This document shows positions 62,864 to 64,000 of a stretch of DNA of 64,000 nt, one piece after another. Position numbers and translations under genes: made by a program. A model generated the notes under the pieces. That model saw nothing but the letters and a program-made list of their open reading frames with translations, searched no databases and had not been told where the DNA came from. Location of the stretch: positions 62,001 through 126,000 of the forward strand of contig RSEE01000009.1 in the NCBI GenBank assembly GCA_003971905.1. Reading direction: 5' to 3'. The first letter of the stretch is position 1, and every line of letters begins with the position of its first letter. The stretch comes from Moniliella sp. 'wahieum'. Its lineage: Eukaryota.

Positions 62864-63432
62864 TTACAGATCCGCCAGTTGAATCTCGAACAACCTCCTC
62901 CACTCCTCCACGGGACCTTGGCAGGACCATAAACTCAAGGAGGTAAATGTCAATCTTTCGCTGAGAGCCGATCGCCACACTCCCTCCCGTTCCAGATCGG
63001 CAATTAGGTCGTCTGCTCCCGCGCCCAAATTCGTATAGGCGAGGGAGACGTGCGGCCAGAATTCCCGGGGGGGGAGAGAAAGCGCGGTGGAGACGCAGGT
63101 GTGAACAGCGCCCAACTCCTCTCCCAGCTCGAGAGGAGGACGAGGGACTGGTAATAGGTGCGCCGGGAGGCGGGCGGCTGCACATGCACGGTGAGGTGCG
63201 TGCGCCCCGCCAGGGCGGTGCGGGCGGCAGAAAGGGCGGTGAGCCAGAGGGCGTGCACCTCGGCGGCGGTGAGGGATGTGTCGCGGGTGAGGCGCGAGAG
63301 AAGCGTCATGTGGGGCGGGACGGGCGGGGAGGAGACACGCGGGTGGACATGGGCCATCACCGCCTCGACGGCGTGCGCATCGGCCGGGTGGAGCTCGAGC
63401 CAGAGCGCGAGACGCTCCCAGCTGGGGGGCAT
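62864..63432 (-). CDS. CPD1: 2',3'-cyclic-nucleotide 3'-phosphodiesterase (2H phosphoesterase, CPDase)
   Basis: ALWL N-terminus, two 2H motifs PHMTL and PHVSL, C-terminal W..QGPVEEW; one indel. Confidence 0.85.
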
Positions 63433-63593
63433 GCCGAGCAGCAGACGACGCAGGGCAGAGTACGATTGCACGCGGTGCTCCGCCCAGCGCCACCACCCCG
63501 GCCCGGAGGAAACCCAAAATCCAATTCCGCCCCGCCGCCCAGCAGCCACAGAATGGGCAAGCAAAGCGCGGCTGATCCCCACCACCACCTCAC

Positions 63594-64000
63594 ATGCCGT
63601 CGGGAGCGTCCGCACGCCCGCCAGATGCGCGGCGACGGGCTGGACGACCCCGCAACAGCAACACCACCACCCCACCAGCATCACCAACACCCACACCCAC
63701 ACCAGCACCAGCACCCACACCGCACCCATCCGGCCATCTCCACCCCCATCCCCACCACCAGCATCTCCCCGCCTCTGCCCCCAGCACCGCCAATACCACC
63801 AGCACCCCCCTCCCCGCCACAACCGCATCCTCCTCCTCCTCCAGCATGCCTGACCCTCCCCCGCCTTCGCCTCCACCACCCGCCCCGAGGCGCATCACGA
63901 GTTCCGCATGGAGGTGATTGACGTCAACCCCGTGTCGATGACGCTGCTTCTCCTCTCCGCCCCGCCCCCCTCACCGCCATCGCCGCTGGCACCTCCACCT
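63594..64000 (+). CDS. Probable 5' end of a gene with Pro/Thr-rich N-terminus, truncated by the window edge
   Basis: Divergent from the CPDase gene; GC-rich ORF MPSGASARPP... No domain recognised. Confidence 0.35.

Overview
Intron-poor, GC-rich fungal DNA. Basidiomycete origin is inferred from GTRNGT/CTRAC/YAG introns and the protein sequences; Ustilaginomycotina is plausible but not demonstrated. Nearly every gene carries 1-2 nt indels, many of them in homopolymers. This is most simply explained by an unpolished long-read assembly, so CDS coordinates are approximate. Genes in order: SUR7/PalI membrane protein, a full-length Ty1/copia LTR retrotransposon (3831-9090, GTCCG TSD), G6PD, a Ran1/Ksp1-type kinase, an unknown protein with about 14 F-x-P-A motifs, a two-finger C2H2 transcription factor, UBA1, HSP90, an HD1/bE-like homeodomain gene with no visible HD2 partner, CSN2, an ABCC transporter, a Cid1-family nucleotidyltransferase and an unknown ORF. 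A nested transposon island (about 50.6-57.6 kb) follows, then catalase, an XPG/FEN1-family nuclease and a 2H cyclic phosphodiesterase. Most interesting: (1) a 5.1 kb CMC/CACTA-like DNA transposon (CACGGGCG termini, TC TSD, 23-bp subterminal array) with an internally deleted transposase and an opposite-strand, intron-dense, apparently non-coding unit; (2) a copia element with an in-frame UAG between gag and protease and an unusual LTR/PBS junction; (3) the FxPA(SG)-repeat protein; (4) the solo HD1 gene; (5) intergenic heptamer repeats built from a 6-bp palindrome plus one base.
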